From positions 1 through 64,000 of the IMG/VR virus record IMGVR_UViG_3300031788_000007: DNA of 64,000 nucleotides. The stretch is one strand, 5' to 3'. The position numbers were made by a program, and so were the translations under genes. The notes beneath the pieces were generated by a model. That model was not told where the DNA came from. It ran no database searches and saw only the letters and a program-made list of their open reading frames with translations. The DNA comes from a virus. Positions 1 through 11,194 of the stretch are shown here, piece by piece. Each line of letters opens with the position of its first letter. Positions within the stretch are counted from its first letter, which is position 1.

Positions 1-29
1 AGGTCAAGGCATACGAACTTCAAGATGGA

Positions 30-452
30 ATGCTTCGCAAAGCGTATGAAGATTCAGGTGATGCGGGGCGGTTCACATGGAGTGGTTGGCTGCTGAAACT
101 TGTGCGCGATAATGCCGCGTTGGAGGCTGAGGTCAAGGCGGCAGGTACGGTCCAGCAGCCAGCCGGGCCGGAGCCGACGTTCACGCTGGAGCAGATCGAG
201 AAAGTCCGCGTAGCAATCCTAGCTCAAGATCACCAAGGAGGGCCTCTCCGCTGGCTTGAATTTGCAAAAGATGTGTGCAACCGTCTCGCTCCCGAGCCGC
301 AAAAGCAGGTGACTGTCTCTAAAAACTCTGTGCTTATAGATGGCGATGTTTGTGCGACATTTAGTGGCAAAGATTCCTTGGATGCCGCGCAGGATTACGC
401 TAGGCTGCGCATCGCCCGTCTCGCCGAGCTTGCGAAGGAGGCAGGACGTTGA
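30..452 (+). CDS. hypothetical phage protein (may extend 5' of window)
   Basis: 140-aa ORF whose stop overlaps the next start; no motif recognised. Confidence 0.55.
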   Translation: MLRKAYEDSGDAGRFTWSGWLLKLVRDNAALEAEVKAAGTVQQPAGPEPTFTLEQIEKVRVAILAQDHQGGPLRWLEFAKDVCNRLAPEPQKQVTVSKNSVLIDGDVCATFSGKDSLDAAQDYARLRIARLAELAKEAGR

Positions 453-619
453 GCGAGAAGAAAAAGTGTGGAGTATGTGGCGAAGAAATGGAACACAAAT
501 TCTTCAAGGGCGGATTCCCTCCAATATGGCGTTGTCGTAGGTGTGAATACGCAAAGCCAGCCGAGGTCAAGGCGGCTGCTAGCGCCGCAGCACCCCCGGC
601 AGACAAGGCGGGCGCATGA
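449..619 (+). CDS. small CxxC...CxxC zinc-ribbon protein (56 aa, TTG start)
   Basis: Translated by hand: MSEKKKCGVCGEEMEHKFFKGGFPPIWRCRRCEYAK...; AAGGAGG SD upstream; overlaps previous stop. Confidence 0.6.
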   Translation: MSEKKKCGVCGEEMEHKFFKGGFPPIWRCRRCEYAKPAEVKAAASAAAPPADKAGA

Positions 620-1207
620 GCACGCCAGTCCAAATTTTGGAGTAAAAACCGTGGTGTTCCGCGGGAAAGGAGGGCAGCCCTATGCGACGAACCGACCTGC
701 AAGACAATCAGAAGAGCAATTCGATGCGGTAGACGGGCGCCGGCCACGCCGGAGTTCAGTTGGAAGTAGCGCGGGCCTGGGGCAACCTGGGCTCGCGGTG
801 TTTTGGTCGTGAGATCTGGCCGTGGGGTTCGGGACTTCCTCAAAACCCACCTACGGCCGCAGCAGGATTGGCTGAGACGAGCCGGCGGCTGTCGGGTGGC
901 GTCGTAGCACGGCGGAATCGTCTACGGGGCGACAGCGGCCAGGAAACGGGGGCCTTGCGGGAGGGCTTGGAGCGGGGCAAGATGATTCAGGAGGAAGAAG
1001 CCATGCCTGAGCAGTTTTGGCACGTTTACAACTACTTGGCCCGTCAGTGGTACGAGACGGAATACGGGAAGGTTCCGTATGGGGATCGTTACTATGGGGT
1101 GGCGATGGATTATCTGTCTATGAGGGCAGCAACGGAGATGACTAGAATGGTCTGGGGTGAAAGCGATCAATCAACAGCGGCTTAGGCCGGGAGTAGGGGA
1201 GGAAACG

Positions 1208-2272
1208 ATGGGAATTAAGGAGAAGGTAGTTGAACTGCTTTGGGATTCTCTGAAAAGAGACCGCAGCAGCGGAAGTAATGACCGCAGGCTAACCGGCTGG
1301 GGAACGAAGACGCAAGACGGGCTGGTGGCCTGCATCGAGGAGATCACGAAGCAGCCGGAGCCGAAGGAAACTCCCTACGTTCCGAACGCGGTAGAGCTTG
1401 GCTTCATCGAGTACGCACGGGAGAACCTTGTCACCAACGAACTGGAGATCGACGACGGGCCAGACTGCAAGGGGAACTACCCAAAGGTGAGCCAGAGCGC
1501 AGACGGGGCTTTTGTAGCGGCCTGGGTATGGGTAAGCAACGAGCAGGCGGGAGTTGAGGAAGTGGAAGAGGAGGACACCGACGAAGTTTGCCCTCATTGT
1601 GGAGAGAAAGGCGTAGCGTATGGCGCTCACTGCAACATGGTCGATCACGAAGACACGCACATCTCAGAGGGATATTGCCCTGAGCATGGTCTGGTAAAAA
1701 CAGTAGACGACGCGGGTATTGACAAGTGCCCAGATTGCGGAAGAGCCACGTCTTTCGATGCGGAAGAGGCCGCACGTTTCGAGCATCAGGACGACGAGCC
1801 GGAAAGCAACTGCGAACGGGGCGAAGAGCCGATCAGCAAAGAAGGCTATGCGCGGGATGGGAATTGTGGTGGCGTGCTTTGCCGCACCTGCTCAATGAAG
1901 GACGACGCACTGCCGCCGGACCCGGAAGGCCAGAACGACGACCGGGCGAAGTGGGCAGGGGTGGCGCTCGATGCTTTTCAGTCCGAGACAGGAGCAGACG
2001 ACTGCGACAAGTTGGGCGACCTGTTGGGCGACCTCATGCACTGGTGCGACCGCAACAATCAAGAGTTTGAGTGGGCGCTTGACCGAGCCCGTGAGTATTA
2101 TCGCCAGGAGACGCTATCAGAGCCGGACGACGATCCAATGGACGTAGCCTCAACCGTTTGCCCCGAGGCCGTGAGGGGAAGCGCAGCCTGGGAAGCCAGC
2201 GGGCGGGAGCCGATGAGCATTTCTCCTCTTGAGGTATTGCTTCTAGCCGAGAAGGCTGGGGTGAAGCGTTGA
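1208..2272 (+). CDS. acidic, Cys-rich mosaic hypothetical early protein
   Basis: GGAGGA SD before ATG 1208; several CPxCG/CPxHG knuckles; C-terminal DLLGDLMHWCD...FEWALDRA motif typical of small phage proteins. Confidence 0.7.
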   Translation: MGIKEKVVELLWDSLKRDRSSGSNDRRLTGWGTKTQDGLVACIEEITKQPEPKETPYVPNAVELGFIEYARENLVTNELEIDDGPDCKGNYPKVSQSADGAFVAAWVWVSNEQAGVEEVEEEDTDEVCPHCGEKGVAYGAHCNMVDHEDTHISEGYCPEHGLVKTVDDAGIDKCPDCGRATSFDAEEAARFEHQDDEPESNCERGEEPISKEGYARDGNCGGVLCRTCSMKDDALPPDPEGQNDDRAKWAGVALDAFQSETGADDCDKLGDLLGDLMHWCDRNNQEFEWALDRAREYYRQETLSEPDDDPMDVASTVCPEAVRGSAAWEASGREPMSISPLEVLLLAEKAGVKR

Positions 2273-2437
2273 GGGCTAAGAGATGGCACGACCTCATCTT
2301 GGCGGGCTTTCTGATAGCGGCACTGGTTGAGCTTTTTATCCTTCCAGTGTGCAAGATCGTCATCGGTCATGCGGTATTGCCGATGGTGCAACGTTAACGA
2401 TTCACTATGGGGAAGAGAACAGAGGAGGAGTGCAACT

Positions 2438-2809
2438 ATGGGATGGGATGGAGCGCACGACCGCAGAAAGTGGCTAGAAGCGCAGAAAACAAAGACTTGG
2501 CCTTACGGTGAAAACACTTGCTCGTATCGCAAGCACCACGCGCACGGCCAGGAGGATTGGTTCATTGTTGACGTGAAAGCGCCGGATGGATCGTTGGTCG
2601 AATCGTTTATCGCCGTGACCTTGTGGGATGGGGGGTACAAGAAGGACATGAGCGAATCGATGGGTCCGTACTGCTACGGCTGCCCTATCGAGTGGCTTGA
2701 TGAAGTGCCGGAGCCGCCGCATCACCCGGATTACAACTGGCGCGACCGCCGCAGGAAGATCGAAGCGGACAGGCTGGAAGCAGGGGCATTGCTCTCTATG
2801 GGGAAGTAG
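2438..2809 (+). CDS. hypothetical protein (DUF6927-like KDMSESMGP..CP motif)
   Basis: GAGGAGGAG SD; motif YKKDMSESMGPYCYGCP recalled from mobile-element proteins. Confidence 0.6.
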   Translation: MGWDGAHDRRKWLEAQKTKTWPYGENTCSYRKHHAHGQEDWFIVDVKAPDGSLVESFIAVTLWDGGYKKDMSESMGPYCYGCPIEWLDEVPEPPHHPDYNWRDRRRKIEADRLEAGALLSMGK

Positions 2810-2844
2810 GAGACTATCAGTTATCGGCAACAGCCGATGGAGGA

Positions 2845-4330
2845 ATGGGGATGATTTTTCCAACACTGCACATGAACGGAACGAGCAAGCAACAATTGCT
2901 CGATGACTGTTGCGACATGGGCCATGCGCTCAATGCCGCAATGGAGAAGATGATCGAGAACGGTCCCAATGGCAGGGACTACTACCCTCAAGGCGACCAA
3001 GCCTTTGCTCAGGCCCGGAAAGAGCACATGGACCGCATCGCAAAGATTCACGCCGTTAAGGCTGAGATCGACCAGATTGCAGAGCACATTGCGGACGCGG
3101 AAGGAGGCCGATAGTGGTAAAAATCGGTAGGCGTTACGAGGAGATTGAGCGGCGCTACCCTCTGCTAATCGCGGCGATGAAGTGGGCGGCCATTCTCTCG
3201 ACGACCGAGGCCGTAGACTGCATCAAGGCAATTCAGGAGGAGCGCGGCAGCGGAGAGGCCGTGCAGCACTTTGGAGGCCCGGTGGCAGTGTTTGAGGGCG
3301 CGATGCGGTGCCGGAAGTGGGCGAAGCAGCTTCGCCAGGGAAGGAGGGCAATTTGAGGAGCCCTGATTTCATCATTAAGATCGCAGCCGACAGCATAGAT
3401 CGGTTGCGGCGTTCTGACGTGGAGCGCGTTCTGGAAAATTGCTCTGACGTGGAATTGGGTCCGACCGCAAAGTGGATTGTCGAGAACCGGGCGGATTTGG
3501 CCGTCAAAGTAGAAGACGAAGTGGCCTACCAGGAGGCACAGCGGTTTTCTCCGCATCGGCCAGCCTAAGCAGGGGCCTTGAATCTAAGGCCCACTCACTT
3601 CATTATGGGGATGGAGGCAGTCAATGAGAGCAACGGCACACAACACGAGAGGAGCCTGCCAGCGATGCGGCAAGGTAGGCTGTTTTGTTATGGCCGTAGC
3701 CTTCCAAGGAGACGGGACAGCAACCTTCCGTCACCTGTGCGCCAGTTGTGAGCGGATGGAGAAACACAAGAACGAGCCGCACCTGTTCATCGGGATCGAG
3801 TGGGTATTCATCGGGACGCCTGAGCCGGAGGAAGAGATCGAAGCGGAGCCGGTAGAAGTCTACAGCCCGCAAATGTGTTTGTTTTAATCGCGGCCCAGCC
3901 GCAGGAGGAGGGAAGAATGGAGACATGCCCACAATGTGAAGGAACGCCGGACCTGTGCAACGGCTATTGTGAAGGAACCGGCAAAGTGACGACCAGCCAT
4001 GCGGCAGAGTGGCATCGGCAGAATGATGAACCGAAGGCAGGGAAGACACTGGCCGACTTCGCCCACAGCGGGAAGCTCTTCAAGCGCCCGATGCACGCCA
4101 ACCCGCACGGATTTACGGCAGGCAGTGACAGCCTGAAAGAGATCCGCACATCGACATGGGGCGACCAGATCAACATTTGCTCAGACTTCCCACGGCTGAC
4201 CCGCGAAGACCTCACGGCGACCGACTGGGAAGAAGTAACACTCCCTAAAGAAGTCGAGGAGTACAGGAATTTCGGCGCGAACAACACCACGAACACCGGA
4301 GCCGACGGCCTGTTACCGGCGCTCAGTTAG
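2845..4330 (+). CDS. run of small hypothetical early genes (2845-3114, 3114-3356, ~3353-3568, 3624-3887, 3917-4330)
   Basis: Tightly packed same-strand ORFs with SD sites and overlapping stop/start codons. Confidence 0.6.
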
Positions 4331-4348
4331 TCCAAAATTTGGACTCGT

Positions 4349-4404
4349 GGCTTCTGGTGTTCTGGTGTCGTGGAATCTTCCAGAGCGCCGGGAGCCTTCT
4401 TTTT
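4349..4404 (+). terminator. rho-independent terminator
   Basis: GGCTTCTGGTGTTCTGG pairs with CCAGAGCGCCGGGAGCC (with G-U pairs), followed by TTCTTTTT; directly after palindrome 4329. Confidence 0.7.
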
Positions 4405-4548
4405 GCGGCGAGATCCGAAGGACAGGACGGCCGTCGGAAGCCCCAGGCCGGCGGGAGGGAAGGCAGGATTTAAGCCGCAGGGCAGGGGGATTGCAAACGC
4501 CAGGAACCGCGTTACAGTGAAGGAGTGGCAAGAGCCACAGGAGGAAAG

Positions 4549-6096
4549 ATGGAAGCCTATTACAACGTGTTTGTTCGCAACTGGTGGAGGCGCACGGCAA
4601 CCGGAAGGGAGCCAGGGGTGGGGAAGAAAACTTACCTCAGGAAGCACGTCACATACTCCGACGCCCGCGCGATCTGCAAGCAGTACAACGACACCCACGA
4701 ACCCGGCTACCTCAGCCGCAAAGCGGAATTTGAGGAAGCCTAACCACAGCGCGGAGCCAGCGCACAACCAACGGAGAAGAGGACAACATGAGCGAATACA
4801 CCGAACAGGCAGAGAATTTCTTAAAGGCGCATGGGCTGGAATTTCGGTCTGTGCTTGTGGGCGACGACTGCCCGAAGTTTTGCGAAGACGCCCAGGCAGG
4901 CCGGGACATGGACAAGGTAAACACCTTCCCCCGGAAGAGCCACATTCACGGCAAGCACTACCGCTGCACGATCAGCGGCACCGATCGCGGGCACGTTGAC
5001 TTTGACTTCTGGAATAGCTACGCGGACGAGGAATTTAACGCGCTCGGCTCGCCGGAATATCGGAAGGCGCAACAGGAAGGCCGGTTTGCGGTGGGGCTGT
5101 ACAAGTACGGTCGCATCAAACGGCCAGTGACGCCAGAGAACGCGGGCCTGTCTGCGTGGATGAATGGACCCAAGAAGACCCCGGAAGCCTACGACCTCCT
5201 AGCCTGCATCGAGAAGAACGAGCCCGGCACGTTCAAGGACTTTTGCGGCGATTTCGGATACTCTGACGACTCAATGAAGGCGTTCGACGTGTACCGCGCC
5301 GTGCAGGAGGAGTACGCCAAGTTCCGGCGCTTCTTCACAGCCGAAGAGATCGCCGAGGCGCAAGAAATATCGTAGCGCAACCCGCGACGGTGGGCAGCGC
5401 AGGCGGTAGGAGACTTGGGAAAGGACTCGCGGCCCGAACTGCCAAAGCATCGGCACTAGGACAAACCGATTGGAGCGCCCTACTCGGCCGAGAGGTTTCC
5501 TACTGCCTACCCTGCCCACTGACCGATAACCGGCGCAAGCCGCAACCGAAGGAAGGAGCACGAGAGAATGAAGAGCTTTTATGTGTCAATGTCTTACGAC
5601 CTGCTTCACGTCTATATCGAGTACAAGGCAGAGAGCGACAAAGCAGTGAGGCAGTACCTAGAGCGGCAATACCTGAGAAATGGAATTTGGAAGCTGCCCT
5701 GGTGCGCGATCTACACGGTATTACCAGCCAACGAGCCGGAGCGGATCATCGTAAAGGCTCAATGCGGAACGATCTACGAGGAGCCGGAAGAAATCGCGGC
5801 CCGGTAGACGGCCCCAGCCGCCAAGCCCCGCAGGGAAGGCGAGAGAGGCACTCAAAGGAAAGCGAGGAAAGCAAATGGACAGATACGAGAAGCGGCTTTT
5901 TATCGAAGACCTGTGTGACAGCATCAAGTTAACGGTAGTTGATTCAATCTCGAAGATGCCAGAAGAGTGGGACGGTTTCGAGCTTCGAGAACTCATCGCA
6001 GAGAAGGCTACGCAATCGGCGGGATGGTTGAACAAGCCAGAGAACAGGAAGCGCCGGAAAGACTACCGAAACACAGTCATTGTCAGGAACCTTTAA
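4549..6096 (+). CDS. hypothetical early genes (4549-4743, 4788-5375, 5568-5807, 5875-6096)
   Basis: Each has a purine-rich SD; 4788-5375 ends in YDLLACIEK..GTFKDFCGDFGYSDDS, a motif typical of small phage proteins. Confidence 0.65.
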
Positions 6097-6438
6097 CCAG
6101 GCTCGGGTATCGTTGCACCACCCCACCACAGGCACCGATACCCACCCACCCCTATACTAAATTCCCCTAATCTCTACTGCCCTTCCCCATACAAGAATCC
6201 CCCTACCCCCAGCCTCACCCCTTCAGCGCCAGCCCCACCTGAGCCAACCTAAAGCCCAAAACATCCACGAAACAGCCAGCGCAGCGGCCCAAGCCAACAC
6301 GAACACGGAGCCAGGGACGCGAAAGAGACGCGGCGGTAATCTCGTCTCGCCGTCCTCCAGCGCCCTCTTAGATGGCGCAATAGTGCCAATTGTATCGAGG
6401 TATCAAGATGCGTTGATGAGTGTGTTAGACTCGCCGAC

Positions 6439-6476
6439 GGTACTATGTGTCCAACCCTAGTGGTACTATGTGTCCA
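6439..6476 (+). promoter_or_regulatory. tandem 15-bp direct repeat GGTACTATGTGTCCA containing TACTAT -10-like boxes
   Basis: Exact copies at 6439-6453 and 6462-6476; the second has a TGn extended -10 and overlaps the next start. Confidence 0.6.
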
Positions 6477-6766
6477 TGTACAAACAGGTGATGGCATTTG
6501 AGTGTAGGTGTGATTTGTGCGGGCATCGTTGGATAAGTGAGGCGAAGCCGGTCAGGTGCGCGAAGTGTAAGAGCCGCATCTGGAACTGTGACGATAAGAC
6601 CGTTGATCCCGTGGTCGTAGAGTCGCGGAGTCCTGGAGCCGTGGTCTCAAAGGAAGAGAAACCGAAACCGATAATCATTCAAGAGGAAGCGAAACCAGCG
6701 GCCAGGTCGAGCGGCTGCTTGAAGTGTGGCGCGTTGGGTGGCGTCCACATGAAAGGCTGCAAGTAG
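6470..6766 (+). CDS. zinc-ribbon protein, possible regulator
   Basis: CxCxxCGHxW...CAKCKS and a C-terminal CxxC..H..C. Confidence 0.65.
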   Translation: MSMYKQVMAFECRCDLCGHRWISEAKPVRCAKCKSRIWNCDDKTVDPVVVESRSPGAVVSKEEKPKPIIIQEEAKPAARSSGCLKCGALGGVHMKGCK

Positions 6767-6817
6767 GGGTATTGAACCCTTAGCGGTTTGGGGCGATAGT
6801 TGAGGCATGGAGGAAGT

Positions 6818-8429
6818 ATGCACAGCCCACACAAATACACGGCAGTTGATTACATGGGCCACCGTCCCGGCCTCTGCGATATTTGCAATGAAGCGGAGGG
6901 CGCACCCATCCACGTTTACACCTTCGCCGGCCTTGAAACCTGCGACCAGGACAGGGAAGCAGCCTTAGCCATTAGCCAGCGCGAGGAGATGGAGACGCGC
7001 CTACGGTCTACCAGAGGCGATATTTCGGCCCGATCTGGCAAGATGGAGCGGCACAGCCCGCTATTCTTCGGGACGGGAGACAACCCGCTGCTTTGGTAGC
7101 GTACCGATGTATTAACTGTCGGCATAGTTGCGTTAGCTTTGCCGATGCGGTCCCGGCCTGCGGCTGGTGTGGGTCTGGACCTATCTTTCAGAGAGTGGAG
7201 CACAGAGAGCCAGCAGAATGACAACCGCAAGAGGAGGCAGGAGCAATGCACATGATGGAGCGGATTTTAACGAACGCCATCAACGCCGGATTCGTGGGGA
7301 TGATTCCGGCAACCGTGGGAGCCGTGGAGCAAGAGACGCGGTATCAACAGGAGCTCGACCGGCAGGAAGAGCAATTCAGGCAGGAGCAGGCACAGCGAGC
7401 GCGGCGCCGGATACTGCGGCTTGGCTGCGAATAGGCGCCACCGTCACGGACTGGGGTCAGCTTCGGCTGGCCCCTTGCCGTCAGGAGGAAACAGGGACAC
7501 AGTAAGAGGAGAGGAGAAACAACCGATGAGCAACTTGGCAACGATCACCCACACACACCTTTATGCAGTAGTCATGCCACCGGCAGGGTACAAAGACGAT
7601 GTGGATTTCCAGCTTCGCACCCTCGCCCACAAAGAAGAGGCACTTGCACGGCAAGCGAGAGACCAGCGGCGGAACCTCGACGCCCAGACCCACGCCGACA
7701 GAGCGATTCGTTACCACCTGGAAGCGGAAGGCCGTTACGCGCCGACGATTCAACCAAGGCGGATAGTGGCTGATCTCCCGGCAGGAGAGAAGATAGCGAT
7801 TGCGTTCTTTACCTTCACGGCAGCTTGCGGCCTGTTCGGCTGGCTGGCAGGTATTCTGTAGGACAACGGCACGGCACCGGCGAACCCGGAGGAGATGAGG
7901 AGACATGGAAGCAGCGGAGAGAATAGGGAAACTGGTAGCGGCTCGATGCTTCAAAGAGCGCGGCAACCATTCACAGGCCCACTTGCTACAGGTAGAACTG
8001 GCGGGCTGGTGTCAGGTAGCGGCAGAGCTAGCCTTGAGAGTGGCAGACAACGCGCACACGGCGGCCCTGATGGAACCCAGCGACCGGCAGGACTGCGAGA
8101 CCTCAGAAGTGACGGAAGAGGCGAAAGCAGCTAACCGGGCGATGATAGCGGAGATGGAGCAGGACGGCGGCAGGACGCGGATCGGCAACACTCCAAGTTG
8201 TGATCTATGCGGAGAGCAGCACAGCGAGGAGCGGTCATGCGAGGAGCGTACAGCGATCGTCAACACGCCACGGTTTAAGGCAACCCATCGCGGTCAGGTT
8301 ATAGGTTGGTACGACACAGCCGCAGAGGCGGAGGCGGCAATAGACGCCGAAGCGGCAGGCTGCGACGAGTGCGGAGAGATCGACGGCCACGGCCCGGCCT
8401 GCTCCCTCAATCACGCCAACTTCGTCTAG
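6818..8429 (+). CDS. hypothetical genes (~6818-7099, 7246-7434, 7526-7861 with C-terminal TM helix, ~7905-8429)
   Basis: SD-preceded same-strand ORFs. Confidence 0.55.
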
Positions 8430-8450
8430 CACTCCAGAATTTGGACTCAC

Positions 8451-8480
8451 GCCCCCGGCTTCGGCTGGGGGCTTTCTTTT
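8451..8480 (+). terminator. strong rho-independent terminator
   Basis: GCCCCCGGC-TTCG-GCTGGGGGC followed by TTTCTTTT. Confidence 0.9.
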
Positions 8481-9077
8481 GCCCGGAACCCGGCCAGGGG
8501 CGGAACCGGCAGGGAACGAGGCACGACGTTGCCCCAGGACGCGCCGCCGCATCGGTGGACATACTACGGCACCCGGCAAACGCCAGCCGCAGGACGCCCA
8601 CAGCCAGCCCCAGCCGCCAGCCCCGCAGGGAGGGAAGAGCAGAGCATCCAAGAGGAGAGAGGCATAAGGTAGGAGACGGCACCGCAGTACCACCCTGTTA
8701 CATCGCACTTCCCCAGCCCAGCCAGCTATCGACGCCACCCGCCCGGCAGGCTGCACCGCTTTCAACCCGGCCCCCCGGCCCCTGCCCTGCCCGGCCCGCC
8801 CGCCCCGCGCCCCGCTCGACCGCCGCGCCGCCGCCGCCCCTCCTTCGACGCGCACAGGTGGGGGCAAGGGGGTCGGGTACCCCGTCGCCTTCGGCGACTA
8901 TGTCCATCAGCACAAAACCGAGTTCTCATTTTTGATGTAGGCAGGAAATAGATTTGATTTTGAATTTGAGATTTTAATTTTCAATTCAAGAAAAGTGGGA
9001 GATTTTAAATTTAGCAGTTGCAGGGTATTGTGTTTTGTGAGTGTGGGTTGTATGGTTTGTGAGAGGGTAAGACGGGG
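8481..9077. other. non-coding compositional switch (candidate genome terminus, pac or origin region)
   Basis: C-rich/GC-rich 8760-8850, GGGTACCC palindrome ~8876, AT-rich tract 8925-9012, then G/T-rich + strand. Confidence 0.45.
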
Positions 9078-9359
9078 GTGGGGATGGACATTGGGGTTCA
9101 GGAGTTGATTGATAATTTAGGAAAGATCGCGTTGGTGCGTCAGCATCCTACGGTGCTAGTGATTGTCCACAGTGAGGTTGACTTGGAGATGATGTCGTCA
9201 ACGGGGGATTTTGTAATGAAGATGGGGATGTTGGATGTGGCGAAGCTGATGGTGGTAGACATACATACGCGGTTGAACGAGGAGAACGCGGAGATGTGCC
9301 GGAGGGCAGGGGAAGCGGCAGTGGCGGCTTTGGCGGTAAAACCAGGGAAGGCGAACTAG
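9078..9359 (+). CDS. hypothetical protein
   Basis: 93-aa ORF starting the next gene run. Confidence 0.6.
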   Translation: MGMDIGVQELIDNLGKIALVRQHPTVLVIVHSEVDLEMMSSTGDFVMKMGMLDVAKLMVVDIHTRLNEENAEMCRRAGEAAVAALAVKPGKAN

Positions 9360-9362
9360 GGT

Positions 9363-9662
9363 ATGAACAAGTTTCTGTGGCGGCTATTCGGGATTGAGGA
9401 CGAAGAAGAGTTTGTCGACCTAAGCCGACGCGGGTTCTTGCGTGGGGTGGGAGCGGCAGCGGTTTTGGTGGCGGCTGGACCAAAATTTTTTCTTCCGCCG
9501 ATTGGCGGGTGGAGCCCGGCGGTTGCGGAGCCTGTGTATCAGTTCGGGTTTCTGGAGTGGAAGGATTTGACTGCGGTTACCAACAACTACATCGTGCCGT
9601 TGCTGACAGACAATGTATTCAAGCCAAGCCCATTATTTACAAAGTTGAGGAGGTCGAACTGA
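9363..9662 (+). CDS. Tat-like signal peptide fused to a copy of the major capsid N-terminus
   Basis: SRRGFLR plus hydrophobic stretch; a 33-aa C-terminal segment is 22/33 identical to MCP residues 2-34. Confidence 0.85.
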   Translation: MNKFLWRLFGIEDEEEFVDLSRRGFLRGVGAAAVLVAAGPKFFLPPIGGWSPAVAEPVYQFGFLEWKDLTAVTNNYIVPLLTDNVFKPSPLFTKLRRSN

Positions 9663-9663
9663 T

Positions 9664-10071
9664 ATGGGGACAGAAGCGGAAGAGAAAGAACTGGCGGCTG
9701 CGCGGGAGCATTTAGGGTACTGGCAACGGGAGTTGCGGCTTGACCACGTAGACTTCGAGATTATCTTGATGGCGCCAGAAGACAACAACGGGAACCTGGG
9801 AGACTGCAAGCACTCGTTCGGCCGGCACAGGCAAAAGATTCGGTTGTACAATCCGGCAGACCGGACGGATAAAGACCGAGCGGTTTTCCGGCGCGATTTG
9901 GAAGTTGTGATTGTGCATGAGTTATTGCACACCAAGGAAATGCCGTGGCGGGATCACCCGAAGGTAGATGAGATTTTCGACAAAGACAAGTGGCTGGAGG
10001 GTCTACATGAGGACAGCCTGGACGCGGTGGCCGAGGCTCTTGTGCGGGCTCGGAGAGGGATGAGGAGGTAA
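9664..10071 (+). CDS. zincin-like HExxH metallopeptidase-family protein
   Basis: VIVHELLH motif with a downstream E. Confidence 0.6.
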   Translation: MGTEAEEKELAAAREHLGYWQRELRLDHVDFEIILMAPEDNNGNLGDCKHSFGRHRQKIRLYNPADRTDKDRAVFRRDLEVVIVHELLHTKEMPWRDHPKVDEIFDKDKWLEGLHEDSLDAVAEALVRARRGMRR

Positions 10072-10073
10072 GT

Positions 10074-11194
10074 ATGGGGATGGAAATAATCGACAAGAGG
10101 GCGGAGAAGCGGGCGGCTGAGGCGGCTGCACCGAAAGAGCCAACGGTTTTGGAAATCTGCGAGGATCGCGCACAACGAGCGGCAGAGGCGATTGCGAACG
10201 GGGACATGGAGACAATCAACGCGGTAGCGGCTGAGTGCAAGAATCCGCCGTCGACGTATGGTGATGTCGTTCCGTTCAAGAAGACGGTGCGTGGCGAAGT
10301 GCAGATGTGGAAGAGTGTCGGGTACGTGGTGGCTTTTCTTCCTCTCGGGCAGAATCAGGTGTTGATGGTCCGAGCGGCGGGTTTGCGGTCGGACGGGATG
10401 CTGTTCACTGCGGACTACGCGATGCCTCCAGTGTGGGAGGATGGGACGGATTTCACGGGTGAGGCGCGGAAGCGGCTTGACACGTTCAAGGGGTGTTCGT
10501 GCGACAAACGGGGGAGGTGCAAGTTCCACGGCGAGGTATGTCCGGGGCCGGCCGGGCCTGGGCGGTGGCTGGAGGATGACATCAAGCGGTTACAGGCGAT
10601 CCAGGGGCAGCAGTTGCCGGAGGCTGTCGAGGTGTTGATGCGTGCTGAGGCCAACAAGCCGAATATCATCGTGCCGGGGAGGGGATGATGGACAACCCAA
10701 AGATGACATTCTCGGGTTGGCGCGGGCCAAAGGAGCCAGTACGTGTCGTAATTCCAGAGGGAATGCTTCAAGTCGGTCGAGCGGCATACAACGCCTACGT
10801 AACGGCAGATAGAGGTGCGATATTTATTCTCGAAGCGGCCCTTCGCTGGCTGTCGGAGAACCCGGTGGTGCCGACACCAGAGCAGACTAAAAAACTTCTT
10901 GCCACGGTGCAGTTCGGGGCAGGAAGAGAAATTGATCCTCATTTGATCGAAAACTTATTGTTGGCGTGGCAGCGCCGCATGTTCCTCGCGCCCGAGCCGG
11001 AAGTTCCGGAGGCGATCAAAGATTTGCTGTACGCTGGCAATGGCTTGACGAGTGGCGACATTGATAAGAAAGTGATCGAAGCCTACCGCCGCGGCCAGAA
11101 AGCGGCCTGCCCAACTTGCGGCAACACCCTGGGATGCGTCTCGTGCTTCGATGAAGCCAAAACGCCGACGGCGGAAAAGGCGGCGCAAAGATGA
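10074..11194 (+). CDS. two hypothetical proteins (10074-10688, 10685-11194)
   Basis: Overlapping stop/start codons, SD sites. Confidence 0.65.

Noticed and set aside
8235-8935. Long ORFs on both strands in the GC-rich region
   Set aside because: Low-complexity R/P/G/A translations caused by lack of stops; no SD; span a terminator
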